64,000 nucleotides of DNA. Origin: Yuukianura sp. NJ FZ-2021 (taxonomy: Eukaryota). Shown piece by piece: positions 1 to 13,795 of this stretch. Location of the stretch: NCBI GenBank assembly GCA_046563655.1, contig CM102290.1, positions 434,001 to 498,000 on the forward strand, read 5' to 3'. Under the pieces are notes generated by a model, which worked only from the letters and a program-made list of their open reading frames with translations, did no database searches and had not been told where the DNA came from. The translations under genes were made by a program, and so were the position numbers. Numbering within the stretch: the stretch's first letter is position 1; every line of letters begins with the position of its first letter.

Positions 1-1764
1 ACTTTACGTTTGAGATCTGAGACAAAGAGAACGAAGCGTTCGGCTCATCGGCTCAAACGAAACTGATGCGGGTCTCCAGAGAAGCTTGTCTTTCTATATC
101 ACTTTCTCTACTTTTACTTTAAAAAAAACAGGGTTGGAGTAAGGCAGCCGCATAGTAGAAATGTACACGGTGATCCACTTTTGTATACAACGTGGTCCAA
201 AAGTGAACACACAATTAGGAAAATGTACAAGAGAAGCTAGGGTTGGTTGAAGCCGCGAGCGTAATTTCGAAAAGTAGTGAAAGCGAACGTGGGTTACGCG
301 GGAACGTGGAAGAGCTCAAGCCGAAACTAATTCAATTCACAAACTCACCACTTCCCAATTATTTCATAAGCAAAGTTTACCAATTTAAAAAGAGAAAAGT
401 ACATAGAGGAGTTCTATACTCGACACGCACAATTGAGTTTTTGAGTTTTACAAGGTTTTGAGTTCAAAAGGAAACAAACTCTTTTCTCCCGCCAAAAAAA
501 TCAAGTTCAAACAATCAAAAACTCCTAAAATTTCAGAACTATTTTCTGCATATCGCTTGTCATTTTTCCGATTTCAAATTCGGTAACAAACTTTTGTGTT
601 TTTTTACTTTGCAATTTTTGAAAAAAAAATTTTTTTTTTGTTTACGGAATTCTAGCATTTGAGAACTGTAAAAAAAATTTGCACATATACTTTTCATTTT
701 TCAAAAAAAATTTTTAACTCTTGTTGATAAAATGTTACTCAACATTCGCCAAGGTTTTTAAGTTCAACAAATGTTTCGTTTTTCAGATTTTTGTTTATTT
801 TTTTGAAACGTGAAGATTAAATTGGCTCAAAATTTTTAATGAAATGATTGTGGTGGATTAAGCGTTTTGTGTCACACCCTTATTTATTCTGTCGTTTTTA
901 AAGTAGAAAGTTCCTGTTGGTGTTGGCGCCAAAGTTTGAAAAGTGATTGAATAAACTATGGTGGTAGATCCTTAGTAAGTTGGGACTAATTCAATCATAA
1001 TCTCCGTTTGATCGAAACAGCGGCAGTTTTTGAAAACTAAAACCCGTGTTAGGCAGAAAGCACTAAGCCTTTTGAAAAGTTTTTAGGAAACAAGCGACAC
1101 CGTTCCACTTGCACATTTTAATTACCAAACGGCTAAATAAATACTAAAAACACGAATATGGTTCAATAGTTTTTAAAAAGAACTTTTAAAATGTTAACTT
1201 TAGGTTAAGGTTAACCTTATAGGAATTGAGAGGGAGTTGGGGTGGTTTGGAAAGAGAAACAAGGAATCGGATATGCAGAGCACGATCGCTTTAATCGAAG
1301 AGGGAGATTGATCCAAATTTCAATTTCCAACTCTTTTTTGGGAGCGTCTTGGGGCGAAAGAATCGAATTCAAACAAGAAAAGAAAGTAGAGTTAGGATTC
1401 CTTCAGTTGTTAACCTGCATGGCAAACCACCATCAGCACGATGGTCGTACTTTCGAAACACTTTCACCTCAGGCGGATCAAAAGAAGACAAAAAAACTAG
1501 GTTGTGACAAACAATAGATGAAAAAGTGTAGAGAAGACATATGGAAATCATAAGAACCAAAGAAGTTACCGCCAGGCTTCAGAAAAAATTCAATCCACTT
1601 TTATTACAATACTCGACTTTGTTTCCAAAAGTTTCAAAATTTGGAATTTTTGGGTCAACTGAACTAATTTTGAATTTCGAAAGCATTTTATTCGATGTCC
1701 CTTAAAAACTTACCGTTCAGCTCAAATTTGGCAAATCCACTTTCATTTGATTATAAAATTTCTC

Positions 1765-2145
1765 TTTTTCAGTTGAAATTTTGAAAATTTACCTTTCAGC
1801 TGACTTGACTTTCTCTTTTTCAACTGAAATTTTCAAAATTTAGTTTTCAGTTGACCGTGCAACTTTTACTTTTGTGTTGAAATTTTGAAAATCTGCTTTC
1901 ACTCGATTGTCAAATTTCTCCGTTTCAGTTGAAATTTTGAAAATTCAACTTTCAATTGGCTGTTGAATTTCTCATATTTATCAGTTGAAATTCTAAAAAT
2001 CCACCTCTCAGTTGAAATTTTGAACATTTATTTACCGTTGAAGTTCTCTGTGTCAGTTGAAATTTTGAAAATTTACTTTTCACTTTTACAATTGTGGTTG
2101 TCAGTTGTGTTCGTCTCATATAGGTTGGAATTTTGAAAATTCACT
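1765..2145. repeat. Degenerate minisatellite, ~40-45 nt unit with core TCAGTTGAAATTTTGAAAAT
   Basis: The core (t/c)agttgaaattttgaaaat recurs about 8 times between 1769 and 2140 with variable spacers. Confidence 0.8.
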
Positions 2146-3368
2146 TTTAAGTTAACCTTTTACCCCAGGCGCGTGCCGCTTCCGAAAAAAAAGTGTAAAC
2201 TGTTTAAATTTAAATTTGGTGGCATTTGTGCGCATTGCGCAGGATGTTGTTGTAAAGTCGTAAATCCTGTTGAGTTTCCTAAATAATTTGACAGGCCCTT
2301 CTCCCCCTTAAACACTAACGAAAATCACAGCTGGGTTCAGCCTTCTCGTCATTCTGTTTTAAACCCAAACTCAAAATGGCGCCCATTTCAAAAACTAACT
2401 GGAGTTAGCATTCCTTCCAGTTCAAACAGCGCCACTGCCCAACCTTTAACGCTCATCCTTGTCTTTTATGATACGACGACGTTAGCGGCAGAATTTGAAC
2501 TCAAGAACACGAGACATATGCAAGTGTTGAAATCCAAGTTGTGCTCAAGGGAGCTGTTCAATGAGACGGAAAAATGAGATCTTGATCATAAAGGGCCCTC
2601 TAAGGCTCCAACAACTCCAACTATTGACCTGCTTTCTCCTCCCACCAAAAGAACATATAACCTAACCTACGTCCATAACTTGTACTGGTCCACTAACAAA
2701 AAAGCCCGCCAAAAGTCAGAAATTTCGCCAAATTCAAAAATTCAAAGCCCGCCAAACTCAGAAATTCAAAAATTCGAGGCCCGCCGAAACGAAAAACTCT
2801 TTGAAAGCTTAAATTTTAAGTTTTTAGAGCGTAATTGGAGGAAACGGGAGTCAGTACAAAGTGAAAGTGAGCTGGAGAAAGTCAATTTGGTGGAAAAGCT
2901 GTCTTTGGGTTAAGTTAAGGTTAGACTTAAGTTAGTAAAGCGTCGTTTGGACGTGCCTGAAGACTGACTTGGAGAAGTGAGGCTGGTGGAGATGAGTAAT
3001 GGGCCTTGGGGTTCCCTTGCAGGAACTTTGGTGGACTTCATAATGGGGTCTAATGGCCTCCTGTCCAACGACACCTCTTCCACCTGATCTCACACACCTA
3101 CGTTAGGCTTAACCTAACCATACGCTAACACGACACCTTCAATTCACACGGTTTCAAACTACGCGGGCCTTCAAGGGACCCCTTCGACCGGAAAATCAAT
3201 CCACTTTAAACGGCAATTAGCCGCTTCAAAAGGAAATCACAGAGCCTTAACGAGCCTTCAAAATACAATCCTTCTGCAAAAAAAAAAGATACTAAAATTT
3301 TAAAATTTTAAGGTGATTTAGCTAACTGTGGTTTAGTTTAATGTTGATTCGGTTATTTTACGTTTCAG

Positions 3369-3792
3369 CAGTGTTGTTGTATGCTTGAACGTCCAGTGGC
3401 TTAATTGCCACTTTCACTGGATATCCACTGGAAGAAATGCACCGGAAATGGATAAAACTTTTAGTGGATGGAAGAAATTAAGAATTTAGCACAAAATTCA
3501 AACAAAAAATGAAATTTAAAATTACAAAATAATATTTAAAAATAGTTCCTTTTATAGTTAATATTAATTATTTATTTAAAACACATGCAAAAACGATATT
3601 TCCTTTAATGCAACTTAATTGATATTTCCTTTGTTTTGTACCGTATTTTGAATTGTTTAAGCTTTTTGCAGTTAATTAATTCAAACCCCGCTGGCAAGTC
3701 TGCCCCTTTGGAATCATCCGTTTCGTCCATTTCTTCCACTGGATATCCAGCCGTGGACGAAATGTGGAAAAAGTGGATATCCTGCAACACTG
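3369..3792. mobile_element. Old MITE-like element with CAGTGTTG...CAACACTG ends and AT-rich core
   Basis: Terminal 8-nt inverted repeat plus a subterminal inverted repeat: ctggatatccactggaagaaatg (~3417) versus catttcttccactggatatccag (~3729). No target-site duplication (TSD) visible. Confidence 0.45.
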
Positions 3793-5708
3793 AGAGTCTC
3801 ACAGTGTGGAATATGATTTGAAGAAAGTTAGGTCGTAGGATAAGAAAGATTTAGAGACTTTCACTTGAAGCTGAGAATGGCTTTCTTGTTCCATCTCCGT
3901 TTATAGCCTCCAGCCTCCTTCCTTTGGGTCACAGGATTCCAGCCTCATCTAATATTGACATCATCAAGTTGCCCAACTTTGGAGGGGGCCACGAGGGAGT
4001 CATCTGCCCCCCCCCCCTTTCCTCTAAACCCCCCCCCCCCATTGCCACCCCGCCCCCTCCTACAAACATAATTGAAGTTGAAGGGATTATTAATAAATCA
4101 GGATGATGACGGGAGGTGGATGAAATGGAGCCACAGGTAATACTCTCTTCATTGTTTCAGACTTAAACGACTTTCTCCCGCCAACGACTTATCTTTTCAA
4201 AACTTTCTTTTTTAAGAAAATCCTTATTTTGAAAAAAACATGAGCCATTATCACACTTCCTCCCACTAATTTTAAAGTCTAACTTTAAACCTAACCCAAG
4301 AAAGTTTTTAATGAAAGTTGAAAAAGTTTTGTGCCATTTTGTTTATTTAATTATTATCACCAGCCTCCAAATCCTTCCAGCCCACTTTTAATATGCAGTC
4401 ACTATAAATTTAGCGTGATAGAGAAAGTTATACTACATTGTCTTGGGACTAACACAAAGAACAGGGGCTTCTGGAGGCGCCAAAATTCAAAAGAACAATC
4501 TAATCTCATCATCATCTTCTACCCCACACAAACCACTGCCCATCACCTTCTACTGTTCTTTTTTAAATCTCCCTCCAAATTCAATTTAGAACAAGCTTCA
4601 AACTAACTTTTCTAAAATTAAAAAAAGTCAGTTTCTTTTGTTTTTCAAAATTTTGGATTTTGAAGGAAAAAAAAGTTTTTTGAGAAAAACAATAAGCAAG
4701 ATAGACGCCGTTCAACAATTAATTTTTAAATTTTTTTAAAATTTAGGTTGGGCTAATCTAGATGCTATTGAGCGACTTGCTGCTAATTGTCGTAAACTGG
4801 TTAGTAATATTTTTTAAAATTTTGCAAATTTGGAAATTTTTTAGATTTTTTTTTTTTAAATTTTTTTAGGTTGTAAATCAAGAAAATGAGGTATTATTTG
4901 GCAGTAGCCTGAGGGAATGAAATTTACTAAAAGTTAAGATGAGGAAGAATGGGTTTCCAAAAGAGAAAGTGTCCCGCCTCTGGCCATTCTCTGTCTCATC
5001 TTCCCCAAAAGGCGGATGTATTTGAAATCATTTTGAAATAGATAAGGGAAATGAGTTTTTTCCAGGATCAATCCACATTCCGAACTTGATTATCCCGAAG
5101 GTTCTTAAATTTAAAAAAAGAATAGGCGCCAATTTTAAATTTTCAAATAATGGTGGGAAAAACACTCAACCAAAAGGAGTGAAAGTCGGTATCGCTAAAT
5201 AACAGCATTTCAAACTTCCTGCCTTAATATTCAAAATGTCATTTGGCACGAACGAAAAAAAAATGAAAAAAAAAAGCCCAGAATTTGAAATTTTCCTGGA
5301 TACGTCAAAAAATCAAATTAAAAAAACAGTTTTTTTTTAAATTTTGGCCTTTTGAAGAGCGATACGTGGGAAACTGTTTGAAATGGAGAAGATTTGGTAT
5401 GTGGAGGTTCAGTGCGTTCTTTAATTTCAAAGTTGCTTTGACTGGGAATCGAACTCGCGGCTTGACAGAGAGTAGGCTAAAGTGGTGAAAGTGCGGGAAA
5501 GGAAGCCGCAGGGTTCAATTTCTCCATTTGAGTTTTATCTTTCAAGTAATTCAGCCAATCCTTCTTAAAATGGATCAAACGAAACTCGAGAACGCCACTT
5601 TCTCTTTGTCGTTTATTTAAAAAAGACGCGCTAAACAATCATTTCAAAACTCCTACTTTTCTAAATTTAAAATAAACTTTTTCAAAAAATTTAGACCTTA
5701 GACACCTT

Positions 5709-5963
5709 TAAGGTTCCTTGACAACGAAAAGTTACAGGTTGGGTACTACATCACGAAACACGAAAAAAAAAACAAGAATTGGTACCAATTTTAGTACAAA
5801 TCCGAAAAATTGCAACCAATTCGTTTACAAAATTTAAAAACTTCGGCTGTATTTTTATGACTACGATGCCCTGAAATGAAAACTTTTTTTTTTGCAAAAT
5901 GAAAAAAAAAAACATGAGGTATTGCCCAACCTGATAAAGAAAAATCAATGTCAACAAACCTTG
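5709..5963. mobile_element. MITE family A, copy 1 ((C/T)AAGGTT termini, 8-bp TSD; hAT- or P-type)
   Basis: Ends taaggttccttgac...gtcaacaaaccttg, flanked by gacacctt/gacacttt (7/8 match). Clearly homologous to 22181-22375. Confidence 0.8.
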
Positions 5964-6402
5964 GACACTTTGATCTAAAGGAGGACGTTGCTTTTTTTAA
6001 ACAAAGAAAAGTTGAAATAAAAGTCAAAAAGTGGTGGAGGGAGTAACTATTTTTTTTCGTCAAAGAGAAAGCGCGGGTCAATTTGAAGTTCAAAAGTGCG
6101 CGGGTTGTGACAATCAAAAAGAAATTGTGTTTGGCCTTTGACCTTGCCCGTAACAGCTGGTTCCCGACATTGTCATTCCCACGACACGTTTACTTTGAGC
6201 AGAAGGTGCCCCGCCAAAGAACTATGAAATCAAACACTGCCCCACCAAATCAGGCGGCTCAACTGCCACCAAAGAAAAAGAAGAAGACGTTTGCTTCCGT
6301 TCCATCCACAATTGGTAATAACCTTAGGGTTATGTGGCCCTTAAGTGTCAAGTTAGTGATCCTTGTGACTTGGCTAATGTTCCACTTTCTCCATTGTTTG
6401 CC

Positions 6403-6437
6403 CCCTCCTCCTCCTCCTCCTCCTCCTCCTCCTCCTC
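6403..6437. repeat. (CCT)n microsatellite
   Basis: About 11 CCT units. A second (CCT)n tract lies at ~11017-11056. Confidence 0.9.
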
Positions 6438-6754
6438 CGTATGAACATGAAGATTAATCTAGCTGATATTTTGCTCACTCAAATGCTCCATTGCCTCTCA
6501 CAAATTACTTTACCTCCAAGCAAACCCAAGATAAATATTCGACAGAACCAAATAATACTCAGTCAAACTGACAAAATTCGGGGAAAAAAGTTTGAACGGA
6601 GAAATTTGATTTGATTTTGACAAATTTTGCAAAAATTTAAACTAAAGTTGTTCAATTTTCATTCCAATAGAACTTTCTTTTTATTTTTTATTTTATACAT
6701 TTGGATGAGGGATTAGGTTAAATTCAACTCTACGCTGAGCGTGAAGACTTTGTG

Positions 6755-7090
6755 CTGTGGTGGGGAAATTTTTTCTCTTGCTATGGTGGGACTAAATTTT
6801 TCCTGTTGTGGTGGGACTAAATTTCTGCTCTTATTGTGGTGGGACTACATTTTGCTGTAGCCTTTGTGAGACTAAATTTTTACTCTTGCTGTGGTAGAAC
6901 TACATTTTTAGGACTAACTTCTTTCCGGTGGGGACTAAAATTTGTATTGTGGGACTAAAAATCTTCTAAGATGGCAGGACTACAACTGTCGTTTTTTTGG
7001 TTGACCATTCTAATATTATGGCGGGACTTAAGCTTTGCTGTAGTATGGGATTAATTTTTTCTTTTGTAGTGGGACTAATTTTTTTTGGTT
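6755..7090. repeat. Degenerate minisatellite, ~20-26 nt unit with core GTGGTGGGACTAAATTT
   Basis: The gtgggacta core recurs more than 10 times. Confidence 0.85.
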
Positions 7091-10000
7091 GGACTTAAAG
7101 TGGAGTAGGTTGGACGAAAGTTTTGTCGTTTGTGTGGCTGTGCATAAAGGTCTAATGCTCTCTACTATCTTTATCACTTTCACTTTTTCTTAACAAAAAC
7201 AACTATTTGTAGGGCGAGGTTGCGGACTTTCTACGGAAAATAAACATTAGACAAACTTTGAATTTACTCTTAGTTTCCCGCCTTACAAAAAATAACTTTT
7301 TTTTCAAAAAGCATAATTTTTCTGACTGTTATAAATAAGCTTACATAATTTTCCCCCTTGAGCAAACTAAAACAGTCTCAAGCTCAAAAGCCCTTAACTT
7401 TCCACCGGAAACTCCAAACCAAAGGATTCTTCTGTTCAAACTAAAATAGTTACTTCCTCCATCCTCCAAAAACAAATTTAACATCACGGAACAAACAATG
7501 AGTTTTCAAGGTCACGCTATCATTAGGTTATTTTGGCTGACCTAATCTGAAGTGGATTTTGGAAATTCCAAAATTTGTAAAAACAAAACTGCTAACCCAA
7601 AATTTTAGATTAAGTTCAGATTTGAACTCTCCGCCGCGAAATGCAAACGACGGATTATTTCTACGAATATATAATCAATTTCGGTTTAATGTTCGTGAAA
7701 ACGTGACATTTTCAAAATACGTTAAACTAAACCTAAAGCCGTAGGATGAGATGTTGCTTGGAAAAGCAAAATATGTTCTACGGTTAAAAAAAAAGTATGT
7801 GCAGAAATTAAAAAAAAATTCAAAAAGTCGTGTAGATTATTTTGTTCAAATTGTCAATTGTTTATGTAAATTATGTACAAAATTTTTTGCTATAGACACT
7901 TTCACCCCCCCCCCCCCACCTTAATCTTAACCCCCCCCCCCTTGTCACTTTCCTTTTGTTGGAAGTGTGTCTTTTACCTAAAACCGAAAAGTTTTCGTGA
8001 AAGAGCAGGAGGGGGTGTTGTGCCTAACTTTCTTTTTGTTTTCTCCGGTGAAAGCAAGGTTTTTTTTCTAAGAAGGAAGTCGCTTTCCCCAAGATTTATA
8101 GGCCTCTTTCCGTGTGTGTGTTGTGTGCTGCAAAGGGCCCCCCTCGCCCCCCTCCGATTTGACCAAAGTGCCAAACATTTTTCATGAAATTGGACAAGAA
8201 GAGGGGGGACCCCTTCATTACGTACGTCTCACACGTTACTTCACTATATGTGCACCACACTTTGTTGTATATGTGCACAACCTTGGAGAAAGTACACAGA
8301 GGTTGTGACATATGAGCCTGACACTTTTTTTTCTACTGGAGCTAAGATGCGTTTTTTGTCCAAAATGAGAAAAACCTAAATCAAATTGAGATCTATTTTC
8401 GTTTTTTTAGTACTAAAAACAGGAAAAGAGAATTCTGAAAAAGTTGTTTAGGGTTGTCAAAAAATGTGTCTCCACCTTGCTTGTTTTTTTTTTCAAAATT
8501 TGGAATATTTGGATTAAAAAATGGAATTGAGGTTTCTCATGGCTTGGCTCAGGTTCTTTTTTTAATTAAATGAAAGGAGGGAGCGGAAGAGGATTAAATG
8601 AAATGAATTGGAAATCTCGTGGGATTTAAGACACCGCTTGCCGCTTGTTTGAATTAGTTTAAAATAAAAGTGACTTTTAATAATCTTTTTTTCCCATTTC
8701 ATCTCCTGAGAATCTGTACAGATGTGATGCGGAACTAAGGCGGAGAGAGATGCTCAGAATAATGAATTACTAATATTTGGCTTAGAAACTAGAAATTGAA
8801 TTAAATCCTCAAACACAATTCCAAGCACACTACGACCACCACCACAACTCACGTTCACTTTAATTTCACTTTACACTTTTTCACATAACATAACATTAAC
8901 CTAACATAGTCTCATACGATACACAGTTCTTACAAAGGACTATGAAAGAAAATCAGAGTACGACGCAAGAATAACACCCGCTCATGTTCAGAAGTTTAAA
9001 CTAAAAATTTGATGTTTCTACAAGCCACTGAAAACTTTTTTTTTAAGTTTTTTTTTTTGTTTTTGTTTCTGTCCTAGTTTCACAGACAATTCGGACTTTT
9101 CGTAAAGCTGCGGAAAATTTTGATTTCAAAATTATGTTTATATACGGTCTCCATTTTTTTCAAATTTTTGCACGATGGCAGTTTTGTTTTTATTTTTTGT
9201 TGTTGTTTTTTTTAAATAAATTTTTGTTCTAAATGCGGTTGTGGTTTAAAATTTACGGTTCAAATAAGAATTGTCAGTTTTCCGATTTTTTTTGATTTTC
9301 AAAAAAATGGAAAACCGGAAGTGGGACACGAAACTTTTCGCTGTCAGAGAATAAATTGAAGCTTTCAGGTTTAGTATCAAACTTTCCAATTTTTTTGCAT
9401 CGAAACAAAAAGTGAAAGTGGTGCCTCTGAGGCTTTTTTTTTCAAGATCCAGAGAAAGTCTTGTTTTGATGCATTAGGTAAATTGTTCAAATTCAAGCAC
9501 TAAAAAAAGAGCGGGAGAAAGTAGAAAGTGGGATAGATTTGGGAGAAAAGGGGTTGGAAAGGGGAGTTGGACGGAAGTAGATTGCTAATTTCTTTTGGTC
9601 TTGTTCCGAAAATACTATTTCACGTTCCCCATCTCATCTTTTTCTTATTTCTCATGATATTTTTATATTTTCCAAACAATATTTCATAAGTTGGTTCTTT
9701 AGTAGAATGAGGTCTAACCCTCCTCCTCTTTCATCATCCATTATTTGATCCAGTTTTCCCGCCAAAACAAAAAAGGCTGCGAGAAATGGTTCATTCCAAA
9801 AGGTAAAATATAATTTTCCTTCGCTTTCCAACTTTTCCCTCACGGCGCCTCTTTTTTTTTCAACGGGAATCTAAAACAAAGGGGAAAAGAGGAGCCTTTT
9901 CGTTCTTGTTCGTACAAAAACGTGGTTTGAATTGAACATTCCATTTTCACCACTACCATATCAAACTTACCCGCCTTTTTTTGAAAACGGAAAAGAATCC

Positions 10001-13000
10001 AACCCAAACACTTTTACACTCGTAGTATCCTCAACACACAACTAAATTCCTGAGGGGATTCGCAAAATTAATTCTTCGATTCCAGTCAAGAAGGCAATTT
10101 GAACCTGATTGCGCTTCTTTCCTCTTTCTATTCTACTGGAAAAATCGAGAAAAAAAAACTAGCATGAAAAAAAGTTCCACACAAAATTTTTTTGTTGAAT
10201 TTTTGTAGAAATAACAACCGAAGTTTCAAAATTGCGGGAATAATGTACAATTTCTAATAAAAACGACTGCAAAGCGTGTTTTTGTACGTGAACGAATCAA
10301 AACGTTTTACGACTGTCACGTGCACTACAAAAACGTTTCTCAAACGTACGAATGTTGCGTGAAAACGTTTTCTGCAAAAAAAAATCAAGCAATTTGGAAA
10401 TTTTTCTTTTCAACTTCCAAGAGAGGGTGTTTCCGGTTTCGAAATTTTTCCGTTTTTGAAAAATTGGTGTTTTCACCGTTGTTTTAACTGTGAATTGAAC
10501 GTTTTGTATTTTGGGCATGTTTCGTGTTTTGACTGACGCTAAAGTTTTAAATTGATTTTTGAAATGTTACCCAAAGACTAGAAGCTACAAAACAGAAGTT
10601 TTTGGTTACAATGCAGGAGTTTTTGAAGGAAAAGAGCTAAAACCCGGGAGGTTTTGGTTAAACGTAGCGTTTACAAAAGCTGTAGTGATATTTTTGGCGG
10701 GAGGGGATGAATTTAAAACAAAAGGAAGTTGGGAAATAGGGAGAAACTGCCTGTTTGAATCAAAACGTACCAGATTTTAATTAATTTGGGAAAAGAAAGT
10801 GGCAGTCTCGTTGGAAGTGTCTTGTGTCTTGTCCAAATTCGGCAGTTGAAGATGACTGACGAAAGACGGAGGAGAGAAAAGGAAGTTTTGTTGAGTTGTT
10901 AGATTAGTTTTCTCCATCCAGAATCTAATGGGATGTGAATGTAATCTTGATGTTTGTCCTTTAATCGAAGAAACTCATCCGACAACACTCTGCTTGTCTA
11001 CCAAGTCTTGGTTTCATCCTCCTCCTCCCTCCTCCTCCTCCTCCTCCTCCCTCCTCTGCTTGCAAAAAGGACAGGAGAAGCGATTGAAAGCGATTTCCAG
11101 ACGGAACGAAAAATGTCGATTTCACCAACAGCCTTTTCCGTTTCTAATCGCTTTCTTTTTTCTAGTTTTTTCAAGAGCTTGTAGACACGCGACAAAAAAA
11201 GTTTCGTTTTTTCCACCACTTTGTTCAATTGTTGATCCAATTTTGGATCACCCCCCCCCCATCTAAGAGGGGGGGGGTGGCAGGGGGGGGGGAGAAAGTT
11301 AAACAATAAATGACTACGTCCTTAATTGAAACTCAACATTTTAAGAGACAAAGTTTTTTTGGTGGCGGGAGTAACTAAAATTTTCAGAAGAGAAAACTGT
11401 GTTATGTTGGTTTTTTTTTGCTTTGTGCACAAGACTTACGAGGTTTGAGTGAATTCCGTATGCTTTCTCTTCCGGTTGTTGAGAGGATGTTGTTTGGTTC
11501 AAAAATTCCCGCTGCTCATATTTTTTTTTCTTCTGCCGCGAGTTGATTACTGATTCAAAACGAGAGAGAGAAAAAAAATGGGAGGAGGAAGCGCTCAGCT
11601 TTTCAAAAATCTACTCACATCCAACAACTAACAACAAAGCACGTTTAAAAAAAACGAAACAAGATTTTTTTTGTAGGAAAAAAAGAAGCAATGCACAACT
11701 TTCACCAGTTTTTGAATGAACTAAGACAAATTCCTTTGGGTTTATTTTTTGTTTTAGGTTTTAGAAAAAACATACCGGAATTTTATAAATAAAAAAATGC
11801 CAAAAAAAACACTGAATAAGTAAAAAATTTTATTGAGTGAGCCACGGTCCTGTGTGGAAAGTTTTTCAAAATTTTTGACGCAGTTTTGACAAGTTCAAAA
11901 GTGTCAAAAAAAAACTTTCCATTTTTTCGTCAAAACTTGGTCACTTGAAATCAAAAAAGTTAAAACTTTAACAGAATTACAACCACCACACACTTTTGTA
12001 CCCACCGAGTGCCTGCCTTACTGCAACCATTTTTTTTTAAAAGACGTCTCTATTTTGAAAAAAACATTTTTTTTTAAAAAAAAAGAGCAAATGGTTTCAA
12101 CGTAGAGAGAAAGTTTTGCCGTGTTTTTATTGACGCAAGACGCAACTCTTGTTTTTTATTTGCTAAAATGAAGTACACGAAAAAAAGTTGCAAAGAATTT
12201 CAATCAATTCGAACAAGATTTTTTTTCGTCCACAACAAACGAAAGCTCGGACCTTTCACGTTTCACTTCTGAAGGCATCTTTCAAAAAAAAAGAGGGGAA
12301 AAGTTTAATTCACGCAAAGGTCAAGAAATTGTTTTTTGGAACTAAACTACGCGAAAAAAGAATTCCGCCAAAATTTTGAAACCAAACCGCTTTTCAAATT
12401 TTGGCTGGAACACGAAATCTGTCAAACTGAAACTTTTTAATAACGTTACAAATCAGGTCATTCATAGTAACTAAACTGAACCAAAACTTATGCCACTCAC
12501 TTGTCAACATTCGGTGCACTTCTTTTTGCGGGAAAAATAAAAAGTGAAAGCAGATTATGAAATGGAGAGGCGTGAAAGGTCAGTTGTGCAACTTTTTAAT
12601 TACTTTCCCGCTTTTTTTTTGTGTTCACAATTTCAAAAAACTTCGGGCATCCAGTGTATCTAATCTCATAGACTATCGGATAGAGCCTAACAGAACAAAA
12701 AAAACAACGGAAGTTCAGATCACTGCGTCCAACTTTGCCCGCTAAAACTCAAACTTGGCACTTAATTGAATTATTTTTTTGTTTCGAAAAAAAAGTTCCC
12801 GAAATGAAAGAAATCATCTTTCACAACGACGTGACCATCATTCTACTTTCACCACCCTTAAATCACTCAATTCCAAAACTTTTTTTATTTTGGTTCACAA
12901 CAGCCAAAAGTGAAACCGAAATCTTTCACTTTTCACAACACTTTTCATTTATCCACTTTTCAGGCCGACTTTTTTAAATTTTGAGGTGAAAAACCAAAAA

Positions 13001-13469
13001 AAAGTTATTTTGTAAGGGATGATGATGGTACTAGCAATTGGCAAAAAAGCGCGAAAATTTTTATTTGAAAATTGAAAAAGGTCAAAGGTCAAATCATCTG
13101 ATTTGAGTGTTGAGCAGGATAATGGGAATCCATAAAGGATTTTGAGCCGAAATCATCACAATTTTCCTCCTTTTCTCTTTCCATGATTGTAGAATTGAGA
13201 CACGTTTTCACTTTTGGCGCTCTTTTTTTGTGTTTGTAGTATAGTGAGTAGTGGATGAGGGTGGGTTTTAGGTTAAGGCCCCACCGGAAAATGCCCCACC
13301 GAAAAAAAGAATGGTGGAGTGTGGACAAGATGGGCGGGAGGTGATAAGGAATTCAAACCGTGTAGAGACATTCCCATAAAGGAGCCTGAAAATGGGAATC
13401 ACTCCCGATAAATCTCTGCTCTTTGATACTTCCATGCTACCATCATCTCAGAGGAGAAAAACAGAAGCT

Positions 13470-13795
13470 TAACCTAACCGTTAGGTTAAGACCACCCTTA
13501 ACCTAAAAGTTAGCCTAACGCCTCAGTAGACAAGGGAAATGGAAAGTGATACTCCTGCAATCCAGCTCAAATTGATTTAGAAAATGGTCTATGAGAGAGA
13601 TTAGGTTATGGTTAGGCTAAGAGAGATTAGGTTATGGTTAGGCTAAAAGTTTAGCCTAAGTTAGGTTAATTCCAAAAAATGTTGTTGGACTCAGAGGTCA
13701 CAAGAGATGACCTTAACAGTGACTAACGGACTCATTAGTCTGGAAGGAGGTGGTGAAAAGGCATTAGGTTAACATTAGGTTTACGTTAGGTTAGG
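13470..13795. repeat. Cluster of TTAGG/CCTAA-like motifs including a 26-nt tandem duplication
   Basis: gagagattaggttatggttaggctaa occurs twice (13595-13646), with many ttagg/aacct words in both orientations. Confidence 0.6.

Noticed and set aside
5440..5525. tRNA B-box-like words (gggaatcgaactc, gggttcaatt); similar words at ~16700 and ~21703
   Set aside because: No cloverleaf or paired A-box. The 21703 instance lies inside Sobp coding sequence. At most these are SINE relics.
6083..6457. Poly-Pro ORF, and poly-Ser/Leu/Arg ORFs near 11000
   Set aside because: These are produced by (CCT)n microsatellites.
6755..7090. Repeat-spacer appearance suggesting a CRISPR array
   Set aside because: Eukaryotic context, degenerate units, no unique constant-length spacers and no cas genes. 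It is a minisatellite.
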